A stretch of 50,237 bases of DNA, filler included, from Jimgerdemannia flammicorona (taxonomy: Eukaryota): assembly GCA_003990765.1 (NCBI GenBank). It is 2 parts of 2 records of this genome, joined end to end, with 100 filler letters (N's around TTAATTAATTAA, not from the genome) between each part and the next. Parts side by side here need not be neighbours in the genome. Positions count along the whole stretch, not along the records: positions 25,175 to 50,237 come from RBNJ01000887.1; 1 more part is not named here. One strand, given 5' to 3'. The translations under genes and the position numbers were made by a program. Shown one piece after another: positions 25,175-38,939 of this stretch (position 1 is the first letter of the stretch; each line of letters begins with the position of its first letter). The notes under the pieces were generated by a model, which saw only the letters and a list, made by a program, of their open reading frames with translations, had not been told where the DNA came from and searched no databases.

Positions 25175-25722
25175 AAAAAAAGGATACTCTAACATCGTAG
25201 CACCTATCTACGAGCTACTGAAGAAGGAAACAAAATTCGAATGGACCAAGAAGTACTAAGAAACCTTCAATGAACTCAAGATCAGATTGACCCAAGCATT
25301 TATCCTCAGAAGACCAGATTGGAACCTAGAATTCATCCTACAGACAGATGTAAGTGCTATAGGACTTGGAGCAGTCCTAGCTCAGAAGAAAGATAGACAT
25401 GAATATGTCATCTCCTATGCAAGCTAAGGTACCTGTAGAGCAGAACAGAACTATAAGTCATGCAAGCTTGAATGCTTAGCAGTAGTTTGGGCAGTAGACA
25501 AGTTCCACTACTACCTAGCTGGGAAATACTTTACCATTTAAACAGATCATTCTGCTCTTGTCTGGCTATTCCACACTCTGAACTCCAAAGGAATATATAC
25601 CAGATGGATCTACAGACTGCAAGAGTATGACTGTACTGTCAAACCCTGCTCAGGAAAGACCAATACCAATACTAATGCACTCTCAAGGACACCCCGAAAC
25701 ACTCTCATCAAGACTATTCAAT

Positions 25723-26970
25723 ATGAATAAGGAGCTATACTATGGATTAATCAGCTACCTTGGGCAGTAGAAGATGCCCAACCACCTCAAACCCTGGACA
25801 ATCACCATCATCAACCAGACTTGGAAACAGTTTGAACTAGACAACACTACACTCAGAAAAGGAGGAAAGCTAATAATACCTGAACATAAGAAGTATCAAG
25901 TAATGAAGGAAGTACACAAGCAAGGATACTTAGGAGGAACCAACATATATAACAAAGCAAGAAGAACCATATAGTGGTCCAAGATAGAAGAAGACCTATG
26001 CCAATTTGTCAAAGGGTGTGACAAGTGTCAAAAACAGAAACAAGATCAGTAAGACCAGGCACCTGGGTTATCAAGAATTGAGCCTATCTCCTTCTACTAT
26101 ATTGCAATGGATATTATTGGGCCACTACCAGTAACACCATCAGGAAACTGCTATATTATAGTTATTATAGACCTCTTCACCAAATAGATAGAGGTGGGAG
26201 TATTACAAAAAGTCAATGCTCTCTCTATAGCCAACTTCCTGTACTGAGAAATCATCTGCCACTACAAGACACCAAAGCAAATCACAACAGACCATAGAAC
26301 AGAATTTATCAATGGATTCTACAAAATAATATATCAGAAATACAAGATATAGTACATCAAGACTACTGCATACCACCCTCAAGAAAATGGACAGATAGAG
26401 AGAACCAACAAAACCCTCAAGAACATCCTAGCAAAGATCTCAGAGACATATGAGAATTAGGATAACTATCTCCCAACTGCCCTCTCTATTCTATGAGATA
26501 TATGGTCACAGAGCACACACTTTACCCCAAGGGAGCTACTCTTCAGAGAAGAAGATTCTGATGGAACCTCAGCCACAAATCTAGACCTAACTTGGAGATA
26601 GGTTGATGCAGAAATCCGGAGACTACACCAAATCAGGAAGAAGGCTGAAGATTATATCACCAAGTCATAAGTACTGATAAGGAAGAATGCAGAAAAGAAT
26701 CACAAGATCTTAGAATCTATCTGAATTGGAGAAAAGGCTCTACTGTATTGAAATATGGTAGAAGCCTCATAGTTATGAAAACTAGAGCCCAAATGGGAAG
26801 GACCCTTCTATGTGCAAGATATCAAGGGAACCACCTTCTGGCTTAGAAAAATCTCAGAGACTATGCTGTCCACCACAGTATATAGGAACAGACTCAAGAA
26901 GGACTACAAACCTATACAAGAGAAGCAAAATGTAATAACTACCTATGAGGTTCTAGTCCATGAATCATAA
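25723..26970 (+). pseudogene. A2 integrase, 416 codons from ATG to TAA, with internal stops
   Basis: MNKELYYGLISYL..HKQGYLGG..CDKCQ..MDIIGPLP..KWEGPF..VLVHES*. Confidence 0.9.
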
Positions 26971-27523
26971 CAGTATGTCCTGTGACCAGTAGGCTATCTG
27001 TCTGGATCATTCTCTAAGGGATATGGTACTGGTAACTACTCATCCATGAGACTTTCAAAGTCAGAGGAGTTCAAACCACCAACTGATTGGTCAAGATCAG
27101 AATCAGGCCCTTGCTCTATATGAAGTGAGCAACCCTTCACCATCATGCCAAAATACAAAAGGAAGATGTCAGCCTATAAATACCACTTTTCGACCCCTTA
27201 CCAGAGATTATGGGATCAGCAAATTTTCAGAACTGGACTAATGAATAAGGACACTTGAGAAGATCCTTATTCAGGAGGAAGATGTAACAGTGACCCCAGA
27301 ATGATGACATCAGCACAGGAGACAGCCTTTCCTTACAAGCTACCAGATTGGAGTACAAGAAGATTATATGGCATATGAGATGAGCAATGATGACCAACTG
27401 TAAGTCATTGTGACCACAGTATAGTATCTTGAGGAATATAAAAGAAGGATCAAGGAACTGCAGTAGCAGTAACCAACAAGACCCATCAATCCCAAAATAG
27501 CCCAAAGACTTACCATAAATGAA

Positions 27524-28336
27524 ATACCTGCTGCCCACTAAACCTCAAGGTCAAGGAACCACCAAGGTACCTTGGCTGAAGAAAGGATGTTCCAAGACAT
27601 CAGAAGAGCTATAAGGACCTGCTCAAGAAGGACTCCTAGTGTCAACCTGGGTACTGGTGACCCTTATCACTATATTCTCTACTGCTATGAAATGGAAACA
27701 AGGATCACTATTGCTACCGAATACCTCTAAATATGGCAGGAATATGAAATAGGAAACCTCCTCTGCTGGGAGTTCCCACAGACCAGTACTCAAAAGCTAC
27801 AAGATGCCACTCCCATGGATATACATGAGACAAGAACAGCTAAGAAGATCCATCAGATCTTCAGATATGCACCATAGTTGATCTCTAACTTGGAGTATGT
27901 TAGAGTCTCAGATTTCAGAGACCTATCATCCTACCATATCAATGCACTAGAAGTCAGGGTGGCTACAGAAGCCTAGTCTACTATCACCCTCAATAGTGAT
28001 GAAGTAGAAGACTTCTGGCACCCCATCCTCCAAGACAACTCAGACCAATTCCTGTAAGAATTGATCTCAGTATTCCAAGGCCCAAGCATCCAGATTAGAC
28101 CTCCCCAAGACCCCACATTTGTCCCCTATTTGGTGGAAGAGAACCTTATAGACTGGAGAGCTCCAGATCTCCTTGTTCCTGCTACTGCCAAATGTGATAA
28201 TGTTATTGGAAATAACATCATCCTGTATGACCTATATAATCTTGATGAAACATTTGTGAACCTTATCTCCTTTGAAGATATCCTGACCTCTGATGACAAG
28301 GATGAAGCCCCCATGGTCTTAAACATTCTGCTCTAA
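27524..28336 (+). pseudogene. U3 accessory ORF, 271 codons start to stop (start decayed ATG>ATA)
   Basis: 813 nt; stops fall where other copies have CAA/CAG/TGG. Confidence 0.75.
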
Positions 28337-28345
28337 GTCCCCTGT

Positions 28346-28510
28346 TACACTGGATAATGCCAGCACCAGTATTCTGAGGTAACACTGGATAATACCAGTA
28401 CCAGCATTCTGAGATAACACTAGATAATACCAGTATTGGTATTCTGAGGTGATGTAAAATTGTTCCAGCACTGGCATTTTGATATAATACTGAATTATAC
28501 CAGCATCCTG
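28346..28510. repeat. 35-bp tandem repeat array in U3 (about 4.5 units)
   Basis: Unit approximately AACACTGGATAATACCAGCACCAGCATTCTGAGGT; about 2.5 units in A3 LTRs. Confidence 0.8.
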
Positions 28511-29071
28511 AACCTGTACAACCATCAGTACCGACTCTGGAACTTAGTAGTTTTAGTTATTAGAATTTATATTTAGCTTTATATCTTAGCAATCATTGAA
28601 TTATATTTTGTATAAATACCCCTCTTATTTCCTCTGAAATAAAGTCAGTCAAGTTTACTTACACACACTTTCTTGCAAGTAATCTAAGAGATAACAAGAC
28701 AGTTAAAGATAAGAAGTTTGAGGACTATAAGACCTTGAGAAGGCACTCCAATAAGAACTTGCTTATAACAAACTTGAGTTAGTCTAAGAGATACATCTTG
28801 AAAAGAATCTGGTATATTTGAAGGACTCAGCAACCACTACATGACAATATATATCTTATATAAGGTAAGGTCTTTTCTACTTAAGCTCTAGTTTTTATGA
28901 TTATGAAGCTTTTACTATATTTTAATATAGTAGGACTTTATCTCCTATCTTGATAATCTTTAAGAGCTTGTAAATTTTTTCTGCATTATTCTATTATAGA
29001 GTCTGTATCTTAGTTATATAATCCTCACTCTTCTTCCTGATTTAGTATAGTCTCTATATCTCTGTATCCAT

Positions 29072-30588
29072 TGTCATGTAGTGGTTGCTGAGTCCTTCAA
29101 ATATGCCAGATTCTCTTCAAGGTATATCTCTTAGACTAACTCAAGTTTGTTATAAGTAAGTTCTTATTGGAGTGCCTTCCCAAGGTCTTATAGTCCTCAA
29201 ACTTCTTATCTTTTAAACTGTCTTATTATCTCTTAAATTGCTCACAAGGAATTGTGTATAAGTAAACTTGACTGACTTTATTTCAAAGGAAATAAGAGAG
29301 GTATTTATACAAAATATAATTCAATGGTTGCTAAGATATAAAGCTAAATATAAATTTCAATAACTAAAATAAAATGCCAGAACAGGAAAAACTGCTAAGT
29401 TTCAGTATCAGCACTGATAGTTGTACAGGTTCAGGATGCTGGTATAATTTTGTATCACATCAGAATACTGGTACTGGTATAATTTGGTATCATATCAGAA
29501 TACTGGTGCTGGCATAATTTAGTGTAATCAAAGGACTTTAGAGCAGAATGTTCAAGACCATAGGGGCTTCAACCTCATCAGAGGTCAGGATGTCTTTGAA
29601 GGAGATAACGTCCATGAATTTGTCATCATTACATATATTACATGAGATGATATCATCACTGATGATATCATTATATTCAGCAGTAGTGGGAACAAGGAGG
29701 TCTGGGGCTGAGGTTCTCTTCCACAAAATAGGGGACAAATGTGGGGTCTTAGGGAGATCTAACCTGAATGCTTGGGCCTTGGAATACTGAGATTAATTCT
29801 TACAGGAATTGGTCTGAGTTGTCCTGGAGGATGGGATGCCAGAAGTCTTCTACTTCATCACTATTGAGGGTGATAGTGGACTGGGCTTCTGTAGCCACTC
29901 TGGCTTCTAGTGTATTGATATGGTGGGCTGACAGATCTCTGAAGTCTGAGACTCTAACATACTCTAAGTTGGAGATCAACTATAGTACATGTCTGAAGAT
30001 CTGATGGATCTTCTTAGCTATCCTTGTTTTGTGTATATCTATGAGAGTGGTATCTTGTAGTTCTTGAGTGCTTGCCTATGAGAACTCCTAGCAAAGGAGG
30101 TTTCTTATTTCATACTCCTGCCACATTTAGAGGTATTTAGTAATAATAGTGATTCTTATTTCTATTTCACAGTAGTAGAGGATATAATGATAAGGGTTAC
30201 TAGTATCTAGGTTGATACTAAGAATCCTTCTTGAGCAGGTCCTCATGACACTTCTGATGTCTTGGAATATTGTTTCTTTAACTGAGGTACCTTAGTGGTT
30301 TCTTGACCTTGAGGTTTGGTGAGCAGCAGGCATTTTGTTTGTGATAAGTCTTTGAGCTATTTTGAGATTAGTGAGTCTTGTTGGTTATTGCTACTGTGGT
30401 TCTTTGATCCTTCTTTTATATTTCTCAAGATATCCATACTGTGGTTACAATGACTCACAGTTAGTTATCATTACTTATCTTATAGTTCAGGTAGTCATGC
30501 CATATGATCTTCTTGTATTCCGATCTGGTGGCTTGTAAGGAAAGGCTGTCTCCTGTGCTGATGTCATCATTCTGGGGTCACTATTACA
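29072..30588 (-). repeat. A3 3' LTR (U3 ORF at 30333-29538)
   Basis: Reverse complement of the family A LTR; PPT at 30589-30598. Confidence 0.93.
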
Positions 30589-30901
30589 TCTTCCTTCTGA
30601 ATAAGAATCTTCTTGAGCATCCTTATTCATTGGTCTAGTCCTGAAAAATTTACTGATCCTATAACCTCTGGCAAGGGGTCAAGAAGTGGTATTTATGAGC
30701 TGACATCTTCTCTTTATATTTTGGCATGATAGTGAAGGGTCACTCCCTTCATATAGAGCAAGGGCCTGATTCTGATCTTGACCAATCAGTTGACAGTTCA
30801 AACTCCTCTGGCTTCAAAAGTCTTATGAATAAGTAGTTGCTGGTGCTGTATCCTTTAGAGAATGGTCCAGACAGATAGCCTTCTGGTTACAGGACATGCT
30901 G

Positions 30902-32146
30902 TTATAATTTACAGACTAGAACCTTATGGGTAGTCATTATATTTTGCTTCTCTTATATAGGTTCATGATACTTCTTGAGTCTGTTCCTATGTACCATGGT
31001 AGGCAGTATGGTCCCTGAGATTTTTCTAAGCTAGAAGATAGTTCTCTTGATATCTTGTATATAGAAGGGTCCTTCCTATTTGGGCTTCAGTTTTCATGAC
31101 TATGAGGCTTCTTCCATATTTCAATATAGTAAGATCTTTTCTCTGATTTGGATGGGTTCTAGGGTCTTGTGATTCTTTTCTACATTCTTTCTTATCAGTG
31201 CTTGTAACTTGATGATGTAATCTTCAGCCTTCTTCCTAATTTAGTATAGTCGCTGGATTTCTGCATTGACCTATCTTCAAGTTAGATCTAGATTTATGAC
31301 TGAGGTTCTATCAGAATATTCTTCTCTGAAGAGTAGTTCTTTTGGGATAAAGTGTGTGCTCTGTGACCATATGTCTCATAGAACAGAGAGGACAGTTGGG
31401 AGGTAGTTATCCCAATTCTTATATATCTCTGAGATCTTTGCCAGGATGTTCTTGAGGGTCTTATTAGTTCTCTCTGTCTGTCTATTTTCTTAAGAGTGGT
31501 ATATAGTAGTCTTGATGTGCTGAATCTTGTATTTCTGATACATTATTTCATAGAATCTATTGATAAATTCTGTACTATGGTCTGTTGTGATTTGCTTTGG
31601 TGTCTTATAGTAGCAGATGATTTCTTGGTATAGGAAGTCAGCTATAGAGAGGGTATTAGCTTCTTGTAATGCTCCTGCTTCTATCTATTTGATAAAGAGG
31701 TCTACAATAACTATAATATAGCAGTTTTCTGATAGTATTACTGGTAGTGACCCAATGATATCTATTATGATGTGATGGAAGGGGATAGGTGCAATTCTTG
31801 ATGACCTGAGTACTTGGTCTTGCTGATCTTATTTCTATTTTTGGCACTTGTCACATCCTTTGACAAATTGGTGCAGATCTTCTTCTATTTTGGGCCACTA
31901 TATAGTTCTTGCCTTATTATATATGTTGGTTCCTTCTAGGTATCCTTGCTTATATACTTCCTTCATTACTTGATACTTCTTATATTCAGGTATTACTAGC
32001 TTTCCTCCTTTTCTGAGTATAGTATTGTCTAGTTCAAACTGTTTCCAAGTCTGGTTAATAATAGTGATTATCTAGAGTTCAAGATAGTTGAGCATCTTCT
32101 ACTGCTTAAGATAGCTGATTAATCTATAGTATAACTTCTTATTCAT
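30902..32146 (-). pseudogene. A3 integrase, separate frame, 415 codons with stops
   Basis: Starts at CATGAATAA (minus strand); CDKCQ and KLKPK*EGPF motifs. Confidence 0.88.
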
Positions 32147-35100
32147 GTTGAATAGTCTTGATGAGAGTATTTCAGGATGTCCTTGAGAGTGCATCAGCAT
32201 TAGTGTTGGTTCTTCCTGAGTGGTGCTTGATAGTACAGTCATACTCTTACAGTCTATAGATTTATCTGGTATATATTTCTTTAGGGTTCAGAGTATAGAA
32301 TAGCCAGATAAGAGTGGAATAGTCTGTTTGAACAGTGAAGTGTTTCTCAGCTAGGTAGTAGTGGAACTTGTCTACTGCCCAAACTACTACTAAGTATTTG
32401 AGCTTACATGACTTATAGTTCTATTCTACTCCATGGGTACCTTAGCTTATATAGGAGATGATATATTCATATTCATCTTTCTTCTAAGCTAGGATGGCTC
32501 CAAGTTCTATAGTACTTGCATCTGTCTGCAAGATGAATTCTAGGTTTCAATCTGGTCTTCTGAGGATGGGTGCTTGAGTCAACCTGGTCTTGAGTTCATT
32601 GAAGGTTTCTTGGCATTCCTTGGTCCATTCAAATTTGGTTTTCTTCTTCAGTAGCTTGTAGATAAGTGCTGCAATGTTGGAGTATCCTTTGATGAATCTT
32701 CTATAATAGCTGGCCAGTCCAAGGAAGGCATGGACTTCTATGGTTATTCTGGGTCTTGGGTAGGCTGCAACAGTCTCAATCTTGGGGTCTGTATGGATTC
32801 TGGTCTGGTTGATGAAGTGTCCTAGGTAGGCAATTTCCTGAGCTATAAACTTGCATTTCTTGGGCTTGATATAGAGGCCATGCTCCTTGAGCTTCTTGAG
32901 AGCTAGCTGTATGTGGTTGACATATTCCTGTGCAGTATTGCTAAAGATGATTACATTATCAATATAGACAAAGAGTCATTTTCCAATCTCATTGCTAAAG
33001 ACTCTGTTCATCATTTGCTGAAAACTTACTGGGGCATTGCACATTCCAAATGACATTCACAGGTAGATATAAGTGGTATCAGGTATGATGAAGGCTGATT
33101 TCTCACTGATATCTTGAGTGAGACCAATCTGATGGAAGTCTGAAAAATGATCCAAGGTGGTATAGTATTTGGCTTTACTTCCAAGAGTGGTAAGGATTTT
33201 TTGAATATTTGGCAAGGACTGCCAATCCTTCTTGGTGATTGCATTGAGCTTCCTGTAGTCAATGCAAAGTCTTGGTGCAAACTCTCCAGGCTTGCTTTCT
33301 TTCTTTGAGGCAAGGACAATGGGTGAAGCCCAGAGACTAATAGCTTGCTTGATGATTCTGGCTTCTTCTATTTCCTTGAGTTCTGCTCATACCATTCTCT
33401 GTAGGCAGGTGGTATAGGTCTGGCTTTCTGGTAGATAGGCTTGATATCATCAGTATCAACTTCATGATAATACTTGAGTTCTTGATTGTGGATATCCCTG
33501 AAGTCTGTAGCAAGTACTCCTTCATTCTGATACAGGATCTTGAAAAGTTGTTCTTCCAGGGAAAAGTTTTCTCTAATGATATATGTGTGCTTGTTCTGGT
33601 CCCTGTCTTTCTTGTGCTCAAGTTTGGTAATTTTGGTAGCAGCATAGGCTCCTCTTCCAGTAGATCCAAAGCCTTGTTCTCCTCTCTTGGTCTTGATGAG
33701 TTTGATGGCTTCAGTGATCTTGGGCTTCTTGATTTTGTGGATCAGCATCTGGCCAATTCTGTCATGCTTCTTGACTTTATATGGAGTGGTGGAGTTGTAA
33801 TTTCTAACTATGAGAAAGATCTTGCCAGTGTAATCAGGGTCAATTACTCCTCCTTTAACTGAGATTTCACTTTTGGCCAGACTGCTCCTGGTCTTGATAA
33901 TTCCAGCATAGTTCTCTGGTAGCTTAACTCCAATTCCAGTACCAAGTAGGGTGGTGGTCTGTGGTTCAAGGATAGTATCTTAAATGCTGGCAAGGTCCAT
34001 TCCTATGGCTCCTTCAGTCTTATATTCTGGGATCTTGGCTTTAGGGTGAAACTTCTTGACCTTGAGGGTGATGTCTGATTCTTGTTTCTCCTCATCATCA
34101 CTGTCAGCTTGAAGCTTGGGGGACTGGTCATTTTCTTCAGCTTTTCTTTTTACTTCAGTGACTTCTTGCTTATGTTTCTATTGGTGGATTTTCCTGACTT
34201 TACTGATACAGGACCAGCAGTCATTCAGGTATTCAGAGCAGTATATTCTAGTATCATGGGGGCATCTTTTTTGAGAGACATAGCCATTAATGATCTTGTT
34301 GTACCACTGCTCATTTGTGAGCTTAGGTGTCTTGTTCTTATTCTTGTTCTTATTCACAAAGTATATGAAGACTTCTGTGTCTTCTTCATCTCCTTCCTCT
34401 ATGTCTGATAGGACATCTTTATAGATATTGATAGAGACTTATACCTTTCTTTCTCTATAGTTAATCTGTATTTTCTGGGCATTGAGATCAATGATGGCCT
34501 TGACTTTGTGAATGCCAATGAGGATGTCATAGTTGGTGGCACTTGTAACAATCACATTCACTGTGAAGGTAGCTCCTCTTATCTTGATGGAGACTTCTCA
34601 GATTTTGTCAAGGAGAGTAGCTTATATATCATCTGCTGTGACATAGACCATCTTGGTAGACTTTTTGATGTCCCAGCCTAGGTGGTCAATTATCTTCTTG
34701 CTCATGAGATATTCTCCAGCACCAGTATCAACAATGATATCAAAGATACAATCTTCAATCTGATATGGGGTATAGACTGATATCTTGCACTGGTCTTCAG
34801 ATTCTTCGCCTGAGTCTTCTGATTCTTCCTATGTATTGTGAGCTTCTACAATCTTATACTTTTGATTCTTGGCAGTAGTTGCAAGTCCTACTCTCAACTG
34901 CTATCTAAAGGCAGAGACTTTGGCTAGCTGTCCAAAAGTAGCATTGACCTTCTGTTCCTTAAGGTCCTTGTAGATATCATACTGGTGGATCTTGGTCTTG
35001 TATAGCTTCTGTTCCTTCTTGCTTTTGCTTTCTCCTAAGACTGGAGTAATGCCTTTAATGATTTGGTGAGCAGCTTTATCTAACTCTATATCTTGATCAA

Positions 35101-36151
35101 TCTCCTCAGGTTGGGTCTTACTTTGGATAGTAACAGCTGAGGTCTTCTTCAGTCTTCCAACTGACTTGCTATTACTCTTCTTGTCATAGGGCTTTGACCA
35201 GATTCTGATATCTTTAGTAGTAGGGTAGAATTTGAGCTCCTTATAGTATTCTTTATTGTTAGTGTTACCAATCTTCTTGATGACTACTGCATTGGTTTGT
35301 TCTTTGGTTCTGCTAGCATTACTTGGTTGGGCTTTGTATCTTGTTTTGGTTATGCAATTCTTTACATAGTGGCCTTCTTCTCTATATCTGAAGTATGTGA
35401 TATTGTATTCTTCTGTAGCAGCTGCAAATCTCTGCACTGGTCTCCTGTTGGCACTTCAGACTTCTCTAACAACATCACTAAGATATATAGTTATCTCAGT
35501 AAACTGCTTGGTGAGTTCCTCCACTGGGTCAGCTTTGGTTGTCTTGGGGGTAGGTGGGGTTGGTTGTCTGTTTACAATGATAGTGGGTATGATACTAGTT
35601 GGCTTTAATGGCTCCATCTTGATACCAGTTATTTTCTCCATTGAGTATTCAGCAGAGTGTCTGGCATTCCAATATCTCTGTACAAAGACCACTTTCTGAT
35701 CAAGGGTCAGTATAGCTGGAGTAAACTGGATTGCTAGGGTAATTTCAGAGTAAACTTCTTTGAGAAAGGTTGAATCTGCTATTTGTTCCTTGAGGCAGTC
35801 ATCATAGCTAGCCAAGACAATCTGATAGCAGATTCAGATATAGAATGAGTTGAGATCTTCACTAAGTCTCTGGCAGATAGTATTGAGTTGATCCTTAAGA
35901 GCTTGCTTGATCTCTTCAGTATAGTATGTTGTTCTGAGGAAGGCCTTCATGTTGGCAAGTTTGGCTGCACTATTATCAGCAATAGTAGCTACATTGAACT
36001 TGTCTCTGGCAGGTCCTCTGAGGCTAACTGATAGAAGGGCCAATTGTACATCTACACCAAGGACTTGTATGGTAGTGAATTGTTCAAAGTCTTCAATGAA
36101 GATCAGGATTGACTCTTCAGTAGTATATCTATAGAATATGTAGGGATATAT
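32139..36151 (-). pseudogene. A3 gag-PR-dUTPase-RT-RNaseH pseudogene
   Basis: SVSLRGPARDKF, IVDTGAG, GGVIDPDYTG, RGEQGFGSTG, RLCIDYRKLN, LQTDAS, NADALSR. Confidence 0.92.
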
Positions 36152-36277
36152 TTCTATCTTGTCTTAAATTCTTGTAGGGGTGACTCTTGTAGTTAGGGTA
36201 GTTATTGTGGTGGTTGTTCATTTTTCAGCTTGAAAGTGAGGGATTCATCTTGAATCACCAGCCAATGGATACCAAGT

Positions 36278-37757
36278 TATCACATAGTAGTCACTGAGTT
36301 CTTCAAATATACCAGATTTTCTTCAAGGTATATCTCTTAGACTAACTCAAGTTTGTTATAAGTAAGTTCTTATTGGAGTGTCTTTTTAAGATCTTATAGT
36401 CCTCAAACTTCTTATCTTTTAAACTGTCTTGTTATCTCTTAGATTACTTGTAAGAAATTATATATAAGTGAACTTGACTGACTTTATTTTGAAGAAAATA
36501 AGAGGGGTATTTATACAAAATATAATTCAATGATTGCTAAGATATAAAGCTAAATATAAATTCTAATAACTAAAATAAAATTCCAGGACAGGAAAAACTG
36601 CTAAGTTCTAGTGTTGGTACTGATAGTTGTACAGATTCAGGATACTGGTATAATTTTATATTACATCAGAATACTAGTGCTAGTATAATTTAATGTTACA
36701 TCAGAATGCTGGTGCTGGCATAATTCAGTGTAACCAAAGGACTTTAGAGCAGAATGTTTAAGACCAGCCTTATCAGAGGTCAGAATGTCTTCAAAGGAGA
36801 TGAGGTCTGTGAATTTGTTGTTATCATATATATTGCATGGGATGATATCATCACTGATGACATCATCATGTTCAGCAGTAGCAGGAACAAGGAGGTCTGG
36901 GGCTCTCCAGTCTATGAGGTTCTCTTCCACAAAATAGGGGACAAATGTGGGCTCTTGGGGAGATCTAACCTGGATACTTAGGTCTTGAAATACCTGAAGG
37001 ATGAGATGCCAGAAGTCTTCTACTTCATCACTGTTGAGGGTGATAGTAGACTGGGCTTCTTAGCCACTCTGGCTTCTAGTGCATTGATATGGTAGGCTGA
37101 CAGATCTCTGAAGTCTGAGACTCTAATATACTCCAAGTTGGGGATCAACCATGGTACATGCCTGAAGATCTGATAGATCTTCTTAGCTGTTCTTGTTTTG
37201 TGTATATTCATGGGAGTGGTATCTTATAGTTCTTGAGTGTTGGTCTGTGGGAACTCTCAGCAGAGGAGGTTTCCTATTTCATACTCTTGCTATATTTAGA
37301 GATATTCAGTAGCAATGGTGATCCTTGTTTCTATTTCATAGCAGTAGAGGATATAATGATAAGGGTCACCAGTACCTAGGTTGATACTAGGAGACCTTCT
37401 TGAGTGGGTCCTCATGGCTCTTCTGATGTCTTGAAACATTCTTTCTTCAACTGAGGTGCCTTGATAGTTCCTTAACCTTGAGGTTTGGTGAGCAGCAGAC
37501 ATTTTATTTGTAGTAAGTCTTTGAGCTATTTTGGGATTAGTGGGTCTTGTTGGTTGCTGCTACTGCAGTTTCTTGATCCTTCTTTTATATTCTTCAAGAT
37601 ACCAATACTGTGGTCACAATGACTCATAGTTAGTCATCATTGCTCATCTTGTAGTCCAGATAGTCATGCTATATGATCTTTTTGTATTCTGATCTGGTGG
37701 CTTGTAAGAAAAGACTATCTCCTGTACTAATATCATCATTCTAGGGTCACTATTATA
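36278..37757 (-). repeat. A3 5' LTR (U3 ORF at 37502-36744)
   Basis: Matches 29072-30588 apart from small deletions. Confidence 0.93.
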
Positions 37758-38468
37758 CCATATATTTCTATATAATATCTTTATTAGATAATAAGATTCC
37801 TTGAGAACTTTCTTCTCTGAATAGTATTTCTCAAGAGATAAAATGCAGATATCCTAGAGAGCAGATGATACTATTAGCAGATAGTAATCTCAGTTTTTAT
37901 AGTTATTGCAGATCTTAGTAATAATATTCTTAAGAGTCTTATTGATTCTTTCTACTTATCCATTTCTCTGAGAGTGATAGACATATACTGAATCTTGTAT
38001 TTCTTATAGAGAACTACTTTATGAATTCTGTTTCTCTATCTATAGTTACTTGCATTGGAGTTTTAAATTAGCAAATAATTTCTTTATAGAAAAATTAACA
38101 ATTGACTGTATATTGACTTTCTTGAGTAATCCTACTTCTATCTATTTTATAAAAAGATATACAATAATAATGATATATCAGTTATCAGTAAAGTCAAGAG
38201 TGAGAGCTAATTATATCTATTGTAATGTGAGTAAATAGTACTAATTCTATATATACTAATCTTGGAGTCTAATTTTATTAGTCTTATATATTTCTGTTTC
38301 TGGTATTTGTTATAGATCTTGATAAATTATCTGATATCTTTCTCTATTTCTGACTACTACATTATTCTTCTTGCCTTATCATATATATATATTTCTTCTA
38401 GATAGTTAAGTTTATATATTGATTTCATTGCTTGTTCATTCTTATATTTAGATATAACTAGTATATAG

Positions 38469-38939
38469 TGTGATGGCTGATCCGAATTAGTAATATGAAA
38501 CAGGGGAATTAGACATTTGATCGTGGTACCTAAATCTGATTCCCAATATAGCTTAGCCTCATAAATAGCAGCCACATTCCACAAAGTGCAGAAACTTTAA
38601 TGTTTGCAAAGATTTAGGAGATGTTAGAATCTTTGTGATCAGCGAAATCTTAGCAGATGTTAAAAGATTCAGCACTTACGAATTGAGCCATTACTTAGCT
38701 ACCTTATAGTTAGCAAAACTTGTATAAATAACCCAGTATCTTAGAGTGAATAAACCTCAGATCAAAATAGTTCAAAGCAAAGAGATAGCAAAGGAACTAG
38801 TAAGCCTGCAGGCAGATACACTTTGAACTCACCCACTCTCCCCTACAACTCAAAGGACTCTGCGAGAGTTAGAGAAGATCAAGTTTTCAAGATACAGAAA
38901 TCTGACATACTTTCAAGAGTAAGCATCCACTATGTTACA
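38469..38939 (+). repeat. B 5' LTR (471 bp)
   Basis: Same length as, and colinear with, 44731-45201; TATAAA at 38723, AATAAA at 38749. Confidence 0.96.

Larger units (their letters stand above)
25181..28846 (+). mobile_element. Family A copy A2, 3' part only (RT end, RNaseH, integrase, 3' LTR)
   Basis: Colinear with 10260-13906; 5' part cut by the gap. Confidence 0.93.
27283..28846 (+). repeat. A2 3' LTR (1564 bp)
   Basis: TGTAACAG...ATGACA; PPT AGGAGGAAGA upstream. Confidence 0.95.
29072..37757 (-). mobile_element. Family A copy A3, full length, degenerate
   Basis: LTRs at 36278-37757 and 29072-30588; PBS 36257-36274; TSD CCAT at 29068-29071 and 37758-37761. Confidence 0.95.

Noticed and set aside
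28346..28510. 35-bp periodic array or 9-mer array as a CRISPR
   Set aside because: Contiguous tandem units with no unique spacers, located inside LTRs, and no cas genes.
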